Counted from the first letter of the stretch, positions 9,820-20,841 are shown. The stretch: 64,000 nt of DNA from an uncultured Gammaproteobacteria bacterium (GCA_963744305.1 CAVUTF010000033.1:63991-127990); one strand, 5' to 3'. The notes: a model not told the origin generated them from the sequence alone. Translations and numbers: made by a program.

Positions 9820-10731
9820 CTATTCATCGTCGTCCTGTGTCGTGAACGTGAAATCGCTGAATTGCGAGGAACCGTCCTCGGTGCGAATCACCTCGTTGTT
9901 CTGGTTCTCGCCGCAGTGCCAGTACCGAATCCGCAGGTTCTCCTCGTCGGAGAGCTTCGTGTAGGTCTGCTTCGCGTACCAGGGCTCGACCAACGCCGGC
10001 GGATCGTACACCCACACGTGCACGGTGATATTGCGGTCGTCCGTCTTCTCCCAGATCTCGACCGTCTCGACTTGTTCCGTGTACTCGGGCTGCGTCCGTT
10101 GGTATTGGCCGCTCGTGAGCTGATTCGTGTGAATGACGAGCCTCTGTCCGTCCCAGAAACCGATCGAATCGCCGTTATAGAGAGGATAGCGATCCGCTTC
10201 GGGCGTATGCCCGCGGCCGTCCGTGTAAATGCGGCGGATGTCGTTCGCCATCTCGTTGATGAGCCACGTCTCCTTCGGCGTCGGGATGAAGTCGCGCAGG
10301 AAAGGCTCGGTGAGCCAGCGCGGATGGCCCGGCGGCGCACAATCGGACAGCGCATCGAACTCGATGTCCCTCGCGATACGGTCGAGCTTGTCGGTCAAGC
10401 GTTTCTGAAACTCCGGCGTGAGCTTCGCGGTCGGCAGCCGATTCGTGCCTTGGTCGGGATCGAAATTGAAGATCACGCCGCCGCGCGTATAGACGCCGCT
10501 CCAATCGGGCATCGTCGCCGGCGCGCGGCCGCCGTTTTCCGCCTGTCCCTCGAATGCTTTATAGAGGTCCCATGCCGTGCGATGCTTCCGGCCGAGCTCG
10601 ATCAGTTGCTCCTTTGCCGCGGGAAGCGCAATCGCGGCGAGCGCAGTCGTCGGCAAGGCGCACACGAGGGCCAACAGGAGCTTCCAATAAGTGCTGCGAT
10701 GCGTGCTGCGATGAAACGTGCCCGTGGTCAT
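9820..10731 (-). CDS. family A' secreted protein (uncharacterised), intact paralog
   Basis: The signal peptide is followed by DCAPPGHPRWLTEPFL, RRIYTDGRGH, GDSIGFWDGQRLVIHTNQ and RIRYWHCGENQNNEVIRTEDGSSQFSDFTFT. RBS GGGGGAG. Its stop lies 10 nt upstream of the next paralog's start. Confidence 0.65.
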   Translation of the reverse strand: MTTGTFHRSTHRSTYWKLLLALVCALPTTALAAIALPAAKEQLIELGRKHRTAWDLYKAFEGQAENGGRAPATMPDWSGVYTRGGVIFNFDPDQGTNRLPTAKLTPEFQKRLTDKLDRIARDIEFDALSDCAPPGHPRWLTEPFLRDFIPTPKETWLINEMANDIRRIYTDGRGHTPEADRYPLYNGDSIGFWDGQRLVIHTNQLTSGQYQRTQPEYTEQVETVEIWEKTDDRNITVHVWVYDPPALVEPWYAKQTYTKLSDEENLRIRYWHCGENQNNEVIRTEDGSSQFSDFTFTTQDDDE

Positions 10732-10783
10732 GGCTCTCCCCCAGTCCGGACCTTGGGACAAGCTAAACCTTAAGGACTCGCGC

Positions 10784-12200
10784 ATGCAACCGGTTCTGCT
10801 CGGCATCGCCGCCTATCTCGTCGTGCAATTTGCGATCGGCATCGCCGTATCCCGCCGGATGGCGACGGAAAACGACTACTTGCTTGCAGGCCGTCGCCTC
10901 GGGCTCGGCCTCGCCGCGTTTTCGATCTATGCCACGTGGTTCGGAGCGGAGACCATCGTCGGCGCGGCCGGCTCCATTTATTCCGACGGCTTGTCGGGCG
11001 GCTCCGCGGACCCTTTCGGCTACGGGCTTTGCCTGATCGTGCTCGGCGCCGTGATCGCGGTTCCCCTGTGGCGGCGCCAGTACACGACGTTCGGCGACCT
11101 GTTTCGCGATCGCTACTCGGCCGGCGTCGAGCGGCTTGCGATCCTGCTGATGATTCCGACCTCGGTGCTCTGGGCCGCTGCGCAAGTCAGGGCGTTCGGT
11201 CAAGTCGTGAGCGCCTCATCCGAGCTCGAAGTATCGATTGCAATCACGGCCGCGGCCGTCTTCGTCGTGATCTATACCGTGGTCGGCGGGCTGCTCGCCG
11301 ACGTGGTGGCCGACTTCGTGCAAGGTATTGCGGTCGATCATCGGCCTCGCGGTGCTGCTGATCGTCGTGAGTGCGGCTAACGGCGGCGTGGCGGGGATCG
11401 GAGCGATGATCGAGCCCGAGCGATTGGCATTGTTCTCGCTCGCGGATCGCAACCTGCTCGAGCTCATCGAAGCGTGGGCCGTGCCGGTGTTCGGTTCGCT
11501 GCTCGCGGTCGAGATGCTGTCGCGAATACAAGGTTGCCGTTCCGCGGAAGTGGCGCGCAATGCGACGTTCCTCGGCGCCGCGCCTGTATCTGGGCGTCGG
11601 TCTGATTCCGGTCGCGCTCGGACTCGCGGGGCCGACGCTCGTGCCGAATCTCGAGGAGCCCGAGCAGGTCGTTCCGCTGCTCGCGCAGCAGTACTTGTCG
11701 ACGTTCGGATACGTGTTGTTCGCGGGCGCGCTGATCTCCGCGATTCTCTCGACCGTCGACAGCTGTCTCCTCGCAGCCGCATCGCTCGCGTCGCACAACA
11801 TGGTCGTCCCTTTGAACCCCAGCTCGACGAAGCGAAGAAAGTGTGGTGTGCGCGAGTCGGGGTCATAGGGTTCGGCGTGCTCGCTTACGTCGATCGCGCT
11901 TTACGCCGGCGGAATCTACGAGCTCGTCGCGACGGCGTCGGCTTTCGGCAGCGCCGGCATCTTCGTCGTCGGGCATATTCGGTCTCTTCATCAATTTCGG
12001 CGGCGCGCGCAGCGCGTACGCGGCGCTCGTCGCCGGCATGGTCGTCTGGGTGGCCGGTGAGTACGTGCTCGAGTGGTCGACGCCGTATGTCATCTCGCTC
12101 GGCAGCGCGCTCGTCGCATATGTCGGCGCAGCGTTGCTCGCGCGGACCGACGCCTTGCCGCCGCCGGTGCCGTGGCACCGCGCCGGCAACTATGAGCTAA
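10784..12200 (+). pseudogene. sodium:solute symporter (SSS) family transporter, at least 4 frame breaks
   Basis: DYLLAGRRLGLGLAAFSIYATWFGAETIVGAAG is a typical SSS N-terminus. The hydrophobic continuation hops between frames: ORFs 10718, 11328, 11560, 11328 again, then 11843. The 3' end is approximate. Confidence 0.65.
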
Positions 12201-12235
12201 TATGCGCCGACGATAAGAAACGGAAGGGGGTTGCC

Positions 12236-14006
12236 ATGTATCGAGCCGCAGGTCTCGCTGCCATCGTCGGCGTGTTGTCGCTCTCCACGGCGCACGCGCA
12301 ACCGCCTGCGCCTCCGGCCGTGCCGCCTGCTACGACGATCACCGACCTCTCCCCCGTGACCGATGCGATGCTCGCGAACCCGGATCCGGCCGATTGGCCG
12401 ATGTGGCGCCGCACGCTCGACAACTGGGGGTATAGCCCGCTCGACAGATCGACCGCCGCAACGTCGGTCAGCTGCGGCTGGTTTGGACGCGGCCGCTGAC
12501 CAGGGCGATCAGGAAGGCACGCCGCTCGTCCACGACGGCATGATGTATTTCCCGAATCCGATCGACATCACGCAGGCCTTCGATGCCGCGACGGGCGACT
12601 TCATTTGGGAGTACCGCCGCAAGCGTGCCGGAGGACGTCGGCGAGTACTTCCCTGCTCCGGGACGAACCGCAATCTCGCGATCTACGACAACCTGATTCT
12701 CGACAACGGCGCGGACGGCTACGCTTACGCGCTCGACGCGCGCACCGGCGAGCTCGTTTGGGAGACGTTCATCCTCGATTACCGCAAGGGCGCGAAGAAC
12801 AGCTCCGGCCCGATCGTCGCGAACGGCAAAGTCATCTCGGGGCGCAGCTGCGAGCCCGAAGGCGGTCCCGAAGCCTGCGTGATCACGGCGTTCGATGCGA
12901 AGACGGGCAAAGAGCTGTGGCGCACGCGCACGATTCCGAAGCCCGGCGAGCCCGGCGACGAAACCTGGGGCAACGTCCCGTACGAGAAGCGCTGGCACGT
13001 CGGCATGTGGATGGTGCCGAGCTACGATCCGGAGCTGAACCGCATCTACGTGGGCACGTCCGTCACGGCGCCGGCGCCCAAGTTCATGCTCGGCGGCAAC
13101 GACGAGCAGTACCTCTACCACAACTCCACGCTCGCGCTCGACGCCGACACCGGCGAGATCGTCTGGTACTTCCAGCACGTCGTCGATCACTGGGATCTCG
13201 ATCATCCGTTCGAGCGGCTGCTCGTCGAAACGGCGCTCGCGCCCGATCCGGAGGCGGTGCAATGGATCAACCCGCGCGTGCGGCCCGGCGAGCAGCGCAA
13301 GGTGATCACCGGCATGCCGGGCAAGACGGGCATCGTCTATACGCTCGATCGCGAGACCGGCGAGTTCCTCTGGGCGCGCGAGACCACGATGCAGAACGTG
13401 ATCTCCGACATCAACGTCGAGTCGGGCGCAGCCACCGTAAACCCCGACAAGCTGTTCACTGCGCGCAGGCCAGGAGAAGCTGATTTGCCCGAGCACGTCC
13501 GGCGGCAAGAACTATCCGGCCGGCACCTACAGCCCGCTGACGCGGCTCATGTACTACCCGCTGCAGAACACCTGCATGATGACGACGTCGGCGGCGGAAA
13601 AGCAGAGCGCCGAAGAGCTCTACGCGATTCGCACCGCGTGCAGATTGCGCCGGGCGCCGAGAACGTCGGCACGATCCAGGCGATCTCCGTCGAGACCGGC
13701 AAAACGGCTGGAAACGCGAGCAACGCGCGGGGCACCTTGTCGCTGATATCGACGGGCGGCGGGCTCATCTTCGGCGGCGACGTGAACGGCAGATTCCGGG
13801 CCTACGACCAGCACACCGGCGAGGTGCTTTGGGAAGTGAATCTCGGCGCCGCGGTGAACGGCTATCCCGCTGACCTTCGCGGTCGACGGCAAGCAGTACG
13901 TCGCCGTCAGCACGGGCGGCTCGGGCCTCGCGTTCGGCTCGCGCGCTTGTCGCCGGAGCTGCGTCCGGGCACCGGCAACCAGCTCTTCGTCTTCGCGTTG
14001 CCGTAG
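12236..14006 (+). pseudogene. PQQ-dependent dehydrogenase (methanol/ethanol-type 8-blade propeller), paralog 1, about 8 frame breaks
   Basis: A signal peptide is followed by DWPMWRRTLDNWGYSPLD, EGTPLVHDGMMYFP, YALDARTGELVWE, SGRSCEPEGGPEACVITAFDAKTGKELW, DHWDLDHPFE and GKQYVAV...LFVFALP. Segments are spread over three frames. It aligns along its full length with paralog 2. Confidence 0.8.
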
Positions 14007-14050
14007 AAGACCGCTAGAGCTAAACCGCGCCCGGCGGCGGACGCGACCAT

Positions 14051-15342
14051 ATGGAAACTCGAGAAAAACAGCATCGGAGCGCGCAGCCGCCTCGGAGGGA
14101 ATCCTCACGACAGTTTGGCTCGATGATCGGGCTAGCGTTCGGTCCAAGCGTGATCGCAGTCCTCACGATCAGCGGGCTACATCCCGCCGATCGAGCAGGA
14201 GTTCGGCTGGTCGCGCGTCCAGGTGTCGCTCGCGTTCTCGATCGTTGCCTATCTGATCGTTATGATGTCGCCGGTGCAGGGATTCCTCGTGGACCGCTTC
14301 GGCCCGCGCCGCGTCGTGCTCACGTCCATCCCGCTGTTGCGGCGAGCCTCGCGGCGCTGTATTTCGCGCCGGCAAACCTTACCGTGTATTACCTGCTTTG
14401 GGCGCTCGTGCCGATCGCCGGTCTGGGCTTATGGCCGCTCGGCTACCTGCAAGCAGTGACTCCGTGGTTCGACCGTAAGCTCGGGCTCGTCGCTCGGCTG
14501 CGCGAACGCCGGAATCGGCCTCGGCAGCACGCTTCTGCCGGTGCTCGTGATCGGCCCGATCATTGCGGCCTATAGCTGGCGCCACGCGCTGCTGACGATC
14601 GCCGCGTTGGTGCTGTTCGTGAGTTGGCCGATCGTGGCCTTTGCGTCCGGGAGCCTCGGGCGGCGACGCCGCGGCGCTCAAGCAGCGCGCCGCCTCGAAA
14701 GCGTTCGGCGTGCCCTTCCAGCAGGCGATGCGCGAGCCGACCTTCGTGATGCTCAACATCGCGTTCTTCATGCTGGGCCTCACGGCAACGAGCTTGGTTA
14801 GCCAACAGGTGCCGCTCTTGCGCGAGGCAGGCTGGACGCCGGCGGAGACGACGCAGCTCCAAACATTGTTCGGCTTCGGTTTGCTGTTTGCGCGCGTCGC
14901 CGTCGGCTTCATCATCGATCACATTTTCGCGCCGCGCGTGATGATGGCCGTGTCGATCGGCGGCGCTATCGCGTGCATCCTCTATGCGGTCTATCCGGAC
15001 GCGGCCTACGTGAGCGCGCTCTTGATCGGGTTCCTGCTCGGCGCCGAATTCGACGTGCTCGCTTTCCTGATCAAGCGCTACTACGGCAACGTCGCGTACG
15101 GTCGGATCTACGGCGTGATCTTCGGCGTGTTCTATTTGGGCTCCGGTCTCGGGATCACTGGCCTCGCGTGGATTCGCCAATCATCCGCCGATCAAAACTA
15201 CGACAACGGGCTCTACGTCGCCGCCGTCATCCTCGTGGGTTCCGCGATATTGATGGCGTTCGCGCCGCAGTATCGCTACAAGCCGGGAGCCGAAACGCCG
15301 GGAACCGCAACCGCATCCGCTCCCGCGCCACAGCACGTTTAG
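14051..15342 (+). pseudogene. MFS transporter, at least 4 frame breaks
   Basis: The TM-rich sequence reads FGWSRVQVSLAFSIVAYLIVMMSPVQGFLVDRFGPRRV (the MFS loop 2-3 motif) and LLFARVAVGFIIDHIFAPR. It is reconstructed from ORFs 14051, 14223, 14541 and 14641. Confidence 0.7.
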
Positions 15343-15362
15343 CAACTTTCGGAGACCTGAAG

Positions 15363-17114
15363 ATGATGCCGATTTCCGGCAAGACCACTGCGCTCGCGGC
15401 AATGCTCGGTGCGCTCGTTTGCGCGACGGCCAACGCGCAGGACCGCACGCTGCGCCCCGTCACCGACGCGATGCTGCGAGAATCCGGATCCCGCCGATTG
15501 GCTGATGTGGCGGCGCACGCAGAATCATTGGGCCTATAGCCCGCTGGAGCAGATCGACCGGCGCAATGTCGCGCAGCTGCGCTTGGTTTGGACTCGGCCT
15601 CTCGCTCAAGGCGTGCAGGAAGGGACGCCGCTCGTTCACGACGGCGTGATGTTTTTCCCGAGCCCGAACGACATCACGCAGGCGCTCGATGCCGCAACCG
15701 GCGATCTGATCTGGGAATACAAGCGGCCGGTGCAAAGCGATAACAGCGACTACATACCGTTTCCGTCGATCAACCGGAATCTCGCGATCTACGGCAACTT
15801 CATTCTCGATAACGGCGCGGACAATTACGCGTACGCGCTCGATGCCCGCACGGGTGCTCTCGCGTGGGAAACGCAGATCCTGGATTACCGGCGCGGCGCG
15901 CAGCACAGCTCGGGCCCGATCGTCGCCGACGGCAAAGTGATTTCCGGGCGCAGTTGCGAGCCCGAAGGCGGACCCGAGGCGTGCGTGATCACGGCGTTCG
16001 ACGCGACCACCGGCAAGGAAGTGTGGCGCACCCGCACGATACCGCGACCGGACGAGCCAGGCGGCGACTCGTGGGGCGACATTCCATACGAGGAACGGCG
16101 GCACGTCGGGGCTATGGATGGTGCCGAGCTACGATCCGGAGCTTCGGCAAATCTACGTCGGCACGTCGGTGACCTCTCCGGCGCCGAAGTTCATGCTCGC
16201 GGGCAACGACAAGGAATACCTCTACCACAACTCGACACTTGCGCTGAATGTCGACACCGGCAAAGTCGTCTGGTACCTGCAGCACAACGTCGATCATTGG
16301 GATCTCGATCATCCGTTCGAGCGGATGCTGATCGATACCGCGACGACACCGGACCCCTCCGCCGTGCAGTGGATCAACCCGCGCGTGCGTCCCGGTGAGA
16401 TTCGCAAGGTCGTCACGGGCATTCCCGGCAAGACGGGGCTGGTCTACACCCTCGATCGCGCGACCGGGCAATTCCTCTGGGCCCGCTCGACGGTCGAGCA
16501 AAACGTGATCGCGTCGGTGAACGTCGAGTCCGGGCGCGGCAACGTGAATCCCGAGAAACTGTTCACGGGCGTCGGCCAATCGATGCTCGTGTGCCCGAGC
16601 TTGGGCGGCGGCAAGAACTATCATTCCGGCGCCTACAGCCCGCTGACCGGCGTCATGTTCTTCCCGCTGCAGAACACATGCATGCAGTCGGAATCCACGG
16701 CCGCGCGGCCGAGCCTCGATGAGCTCTATGCGATCCGCAACAAGGACCAGATCACGCCGGGCACGCAGAACGTCGGCACGATCGAGGCGATCTCGGTCGA
16801 GACGGGGCGGACGGTTTGGAAACGCGAGCAGCGAGCCGGACAAACGTCGTTGATGGCCACCGCAAGCGGACTTTTGTTCGGCGGCGATACGTAACGGCCG
16901 GTTTCGTGCGTTCGACCAACGAACCGGCGAGATTCTCTGGGAAGTGAATTTAGGCTCGCACGTGACGGGATTTCCCGCGACGTTCGCCGTGAACGGGAAA
17001 CAGTACGTTGCGATCAGCACCGGCGGCACGCCGAACACGTTCGGTCTCTCGATGCTGACGCCGGAGCTCAAGGCGGGCACGGCGAACAATCTCTACGTGT
17101 TCGCTCTGCCCTAG
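15363..17114 (+). pseudogene. PQQ-dependent dehydrogenase, paralog 2, about 3 frame breaks
   Basis: It has the same motif set as paralog 1 (WRRTQNHWAYSPLEQIDRRNV, EGTPLVHDGVMFFP, SGRSCEPEGGPEACVITAFDATTGKEVW, DHWDLDHPFE). The premature TAA at 16892-16894 disappears if one T is removed, giving GGDTNGRFRAFDQRTGEILWEVNLG...NLYVFALP. Confidence 0.8.
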
Positions 17115-17168
17115 CGACTCGCGGTCGAATCTCGACACGCACGTTGCTCGACAAAAGTTAAGACATTG

Positions 17169-17241
17169 CTAGACGCATTCGTCTGCGTGCGCCTTGATCC
17201 GCCGCAAGCCTTCGTGCGAATTTTCGCGCGAATGCGTCTAG
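17169..17241 (+). promoter_or_regulatory. 13-bp perfect inverted repeat in the leader of the A-A gene
   Basis: CTAGACGCATTCG (17169-17181) and CGAATGCGTCTAG (17229-17241) are exact reverse complements. The 3' arm ends on the first G of the GGAG Shine-Dalgarno (17241-17244) of the ATG at 17250. Confidence 0.35.
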
Positions 17242-17249
17242 GAGATCCG

Positions 17250-18804
17250 ATGCTCGCCAGATTCTGTTTCGCGATTGCCCTCGCCACGGGCGCGGCATCG
17301 GCCCAAGAGCTGCCGCGCACGGCGGACGGCAAGCCCGACCTGCAGGGCATCTGGCAGGTCCACAACCGGGCCTCGTACGACCTCGAGATCACGTCGCGCG
17401 GCACGTCATGCCCGCGGGCCGAGCGTCGTCGACGGCGACGAGATTCCGTATCAGCCGTGGGCGCGCCGAGCAGCAGCGCGAGAATTTCGCGAACCGCGCG
17501 ACGGCCGATCCGCTCGCGCAGTGCTACCTGCCCGGCGTGCCGCGCATCATGTACATGGAGTATCCGTTTCAGATCTTCCAAACGGCCGAGCACGTCGCGA
17601 TCACGTTCGAGTGGTCGCAGGTATATCCGGCTCATCTACGCGAACGGCACAGCCGACGCTGCACGAAGGCATCGAGTCGTGGATGGGCAACTCGCGCGGC
17701 CGCTGGGAAGGCGACGTGCTCGTCGTCGAGGTGACGGATCACAACGACCGACCTGGTTCGATGCGGCCGGCAACTTCCACAGCGACGAGCTGCGCGTCAC
17801 GGAGCGCTACACGATGCGCGACGCGAACACGATCGACTACGAGGTCACGATCGAGGACCCGAAAGTGTTCACGCGGCCGTGGACGATCCGCATGGCGCTG
17901 CACCGCCAAACGGACTGCCGCGGATCTTCGAGTACCAATGCCAGGCGGAGCTCGAGGAGGCGAACGGCGCGTTCGAGCGCGACGAGCGGACGTGGTATCC
18001 GGCGCCGGCGCCGGCCGACAACGCGCCGTTCGATCGCGCGCGCCGGCGCGAACGCTGCCGCGCACTCGCGACGCCGCGCGACATCCCGCGGCTCGCCGAC
18101 GGCAAGCCCGATCTCAACGGCTGGTATCAGAGTCGATGCCGGCGGCGCGCAACTACGGTCTCGAAGGCAGCCCGCAGATATTTCTGACGCCCGAGAGCCG
18201 CGGCATCGTCGTCGATCCGACCGACGGCAAGCTGCCGTATCAAACGTGGGCGCGCGCCGAGCGCGTCGATCGCGACGCTGCCGCACCGCGGCTACGACGA
18301 TCCGACGGCGCACTGCTTCGTCGCGGGCATCCCGCGCTCGCATTACGTGCCGCGCCCGTGCACATCCTGCAACCGCCGGGCTGCGTCGTCGTGCTGTTCG
18401 AGCGCATGTCGTGGCGGCACATTGCGCTCGACGGCCGCGCCGCATCTGCCGGATCACTGCGCCTTTGGCAGGGCGACTCGATCGGCCGCTGGGAAGGCGA
18501 CACGCTCGTCGTCGAGACGAAGAACTTCAACGGCAAAGCGTGGCTCAACGAGGTCGGCGACGTCTTCAGCCACGCCGCAGACCGTCGTCGAGACGCTTCA
18601 CGCCCGTCGAGCGCGGACACAAGTGATCTATCGCGCGACGGTCAGCGACCCGATCGCCTACACTCGGCCGTGGACGATCGAGGTGCCGATGAACCGGCAA
18701 GCCGACGAGCTGCTCGAGGTCGCGTGCCACGAGGACAACAACGATCTCGAGCACTTGAAGCACGTGCGCGACGAATTCCGCGCGCAGCAAGGCAGGAGAA
18801 TTGA
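17250..18804 (+). pseudogene. tandem double family A protein (A-A), many frame breaks
   Basis: Signal peptide MLARFCFAIALATGAASAQ. The first unit reads DGKPDLQGIWQ...QCYLPGVPRIMYMEYPFQIF...RWEGDVLVVEVTDHND...VTERY...IEDPKVFTRPW. The second unit reads DGKPDLNGWYQ...HCFVAGIPRS...RWEGDTLVVETKNFN...VSDPIAYTRPW. The pieces are spread across all three frames. Confidence 0.6.
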
Positions 18805-18808
18805 CGCC

Positions 18809-19225
18809 ATGACTCGAATAGTCTCGGCATACGCCGCGCGGTCGCCGTCGCTCGCGGCTCTCGCGGGCAACGGCGCCGCGGCGCATCACTCGTTCTCGGC
18901 CGAGTTCGATCCCGAGCAGGCCCGTGAAGCTCACGGGCAAGGTCACCGAGATGCAAGTTGTCGAATCCGCACGCGTGGATCTACATCGACGTGGCAGGCG
19001 ACGGACGGCAAGGTCGTCAACTGGGCGCTCGAGATGAGCGGCGCCAACGGCTTGATCCGCCGCGGCTGGCGCCGCGAGGACCTCCCGGCCGGGCACAGTG
19101 CTGTCAGTCGAAGGCTGGCAGGCGCGCAACGGCAGCGCCGACGGCCAACATCTCGACGGTCACGTTCGAGGACGGCCGCACGTCTGTTCGCCGGCTCGTC
19201 GAATCCCGCTGCCCGGCAGCAATAG
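18809..19225 (+). pseudogene. family B secreted protein, about 3 frame breaks
   Basis: RBS AGGAGA at 18794-18799. The sequence reads ...GAAA|HHSFSAEFD, then in other frames [40 protein letters not shown] and [12 protein letters not shown]. These match 53019-53441 block by block. Confidence 0.6.
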
Positions 19226-19250
19226 GTCGCGCGATCGACGTCAGCGGACG

Positions 19251-20832
19251 TTACGTCTTGCGATGAATCGAGAGGTCGTCCGGATTGATCAGATCCGGGA
19301 CGGTCCAGCCATCGAGGTCGTACTCGGCCATGCACTGCTCGGCGAAGCCCTTGAACTTCGCCGCGTTGCCGCTGCCGATCGCGTTGAACAGGCAGTACCG
19401 ACGAATCTCCTCCGTGCTCCCGCTGTAGTTGATCTCGTAAAGCTCGTGCCGCGCGCCGAACTCCGTGCCGATGCAGTCCCAGAGTAGCTTCATGAGCTTG
19501 ATCCGCTGCTCGGCCGTGTAGCCGTTGGATCCTCTCATGTAGCGGTCGATGTACGGGCGAATCTCCGGATTGGCGAAGTCCCTGGAGTGCGAGTTCAAGT
19601 AGATGAGTCCCGAGGCAACCGTCTGCTCGATCAAGTACTTGATCTTCGTATAGGCGATCGTCGCAAGCACGTGGTACGCGCTGCCGGCATCCGTGTTCGG
19701 TAACAGGTATGGGCCCTTCCACGGCTGGGGATTCCCGCACCATCGCCTCGGTCAGCGCCCAGAACATGTTCCGCCACGCGAGCACCTCGCCCACGTTCGC
19801 CTGCACGCCGCGGTAGTCCTTCGTCCCCGCCGCCTCCACAGCCTTGAGCAGAAGGCCCGCGATGAAATCGAGCTTCACGGCGAGCCGCGTGCAGCCGTGC
19901 ACCACGAACCGAGGGAGGAATCCGGTTCGGGGGAAGAAGTTGTTCGCTTTCTCCACGTCCCCGTAGACGAACACGTTCTCCCAGGGCACGAACACGTTGT
20001 CCATGATGAACACCGCGTCGTTCTCATCGAGACGGCTCGAGAGCGGCTGATCGAACGGGCTCGACATCACTGCCGATGTCATCTCGTAGGACGTGCGGCA
20101 AAGGAATTTGATGCCTTGCGCGTTGGTCGGGAGCATGAAGACCAGAGCGAACTTCTTGTCTTGCAGCGGAATGAGTCCGTGGTGAGCAATGAACGTGAAG
20201 TTCGTGAGCACCGAACCCGTCGCGACCACTTTCGCGCCAGAGACGATGAGCCCGCCGTCCGTCTCCTTCTCCACGTGCACGCAGACGTCCGCGATTTGAT
20301 CTGGCGGCTTGTCCCGGTCCACGGGCGGATGAATGATCGCGTGGTTCACGAACGGCACGCGCTCCTGGCAGAAGGTGTACCAGCGTTTCGCGTTGTCCTG
20401 ATATGGCTCGTAGAACTCCGCATTGCCGCCCAACGTGCCCAAGAACGCTGCCTTGTAGTCGGGAGCCCGGCCCATCCAGCCGTAAGTGATCCTTTGCCAT
20501 TCGGCAATCGCATCGCGCCCGGCAATCGATTCCTCCAGGTTCTTCGGCGCCTTGAAGAATGCGTGCGTCATGCCGTTGCCGTCGGTGTCCGTGGGCAGCA
20601 GCAGCTTCTTTGAACGCTCCTTATCGTGAAGAGCGTCGAACAGCCGCGCTGTCATCCGCGCGGTGTTGCGAAACGCGGGATGCGTAGTCACGTCATCTAC
20701 GCGGTCGCCGTAGATGTACACCTCGCGCCCGTCGCGCAGCGACTCCAGGTACTCGGCGCCGTTTTGCGGACGGTCGCATCGGATGGAACCGGTACTTTCC
20801 GCGGTTACCGCGGTTTTTCGTTTTGCAGCCAT
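19251..20832 (-). CDS. 4-hydroxyphenylacetate 3-monooxygenase (HpaB) family flavin-dependent phenol monooxygenase, oxygenase component; one frameshift near 19730-19745
   Basis: The sequence reads [31 protein letters not shown]...[12 protein letters not shown]...[15 protein letters not shown]. The C-terminus continues in ORF 19251-19670 ([34 protein letters not shown]...). RBS GGAG lies 6 nt before the ATG at 20832. Confidence 0.8.
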
Positions 20833-20841
20833 GCTCAACTC

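Noticed and set aside
18943-19700. C-terminal third of the 631-aa minus-strand ORF (18943-20838)
   Set aside because: After about residue 370 the HpaB similarity is lost. The real C-terminus resumes in ORF 19251-19670, in another frame. The read-through tail overlaps the plus-strand family B gene and is Arg-rich nonsense.
7162-20832. Programmed ribosomal frameshifting as an explanation for the frame breaks
   Set aside because: There are far too many breaks (several per gene, in unrelated genes, in both directions). I saw no recurrent slippery heptamer or downstream structure. Indels or decay are simpler explanations.
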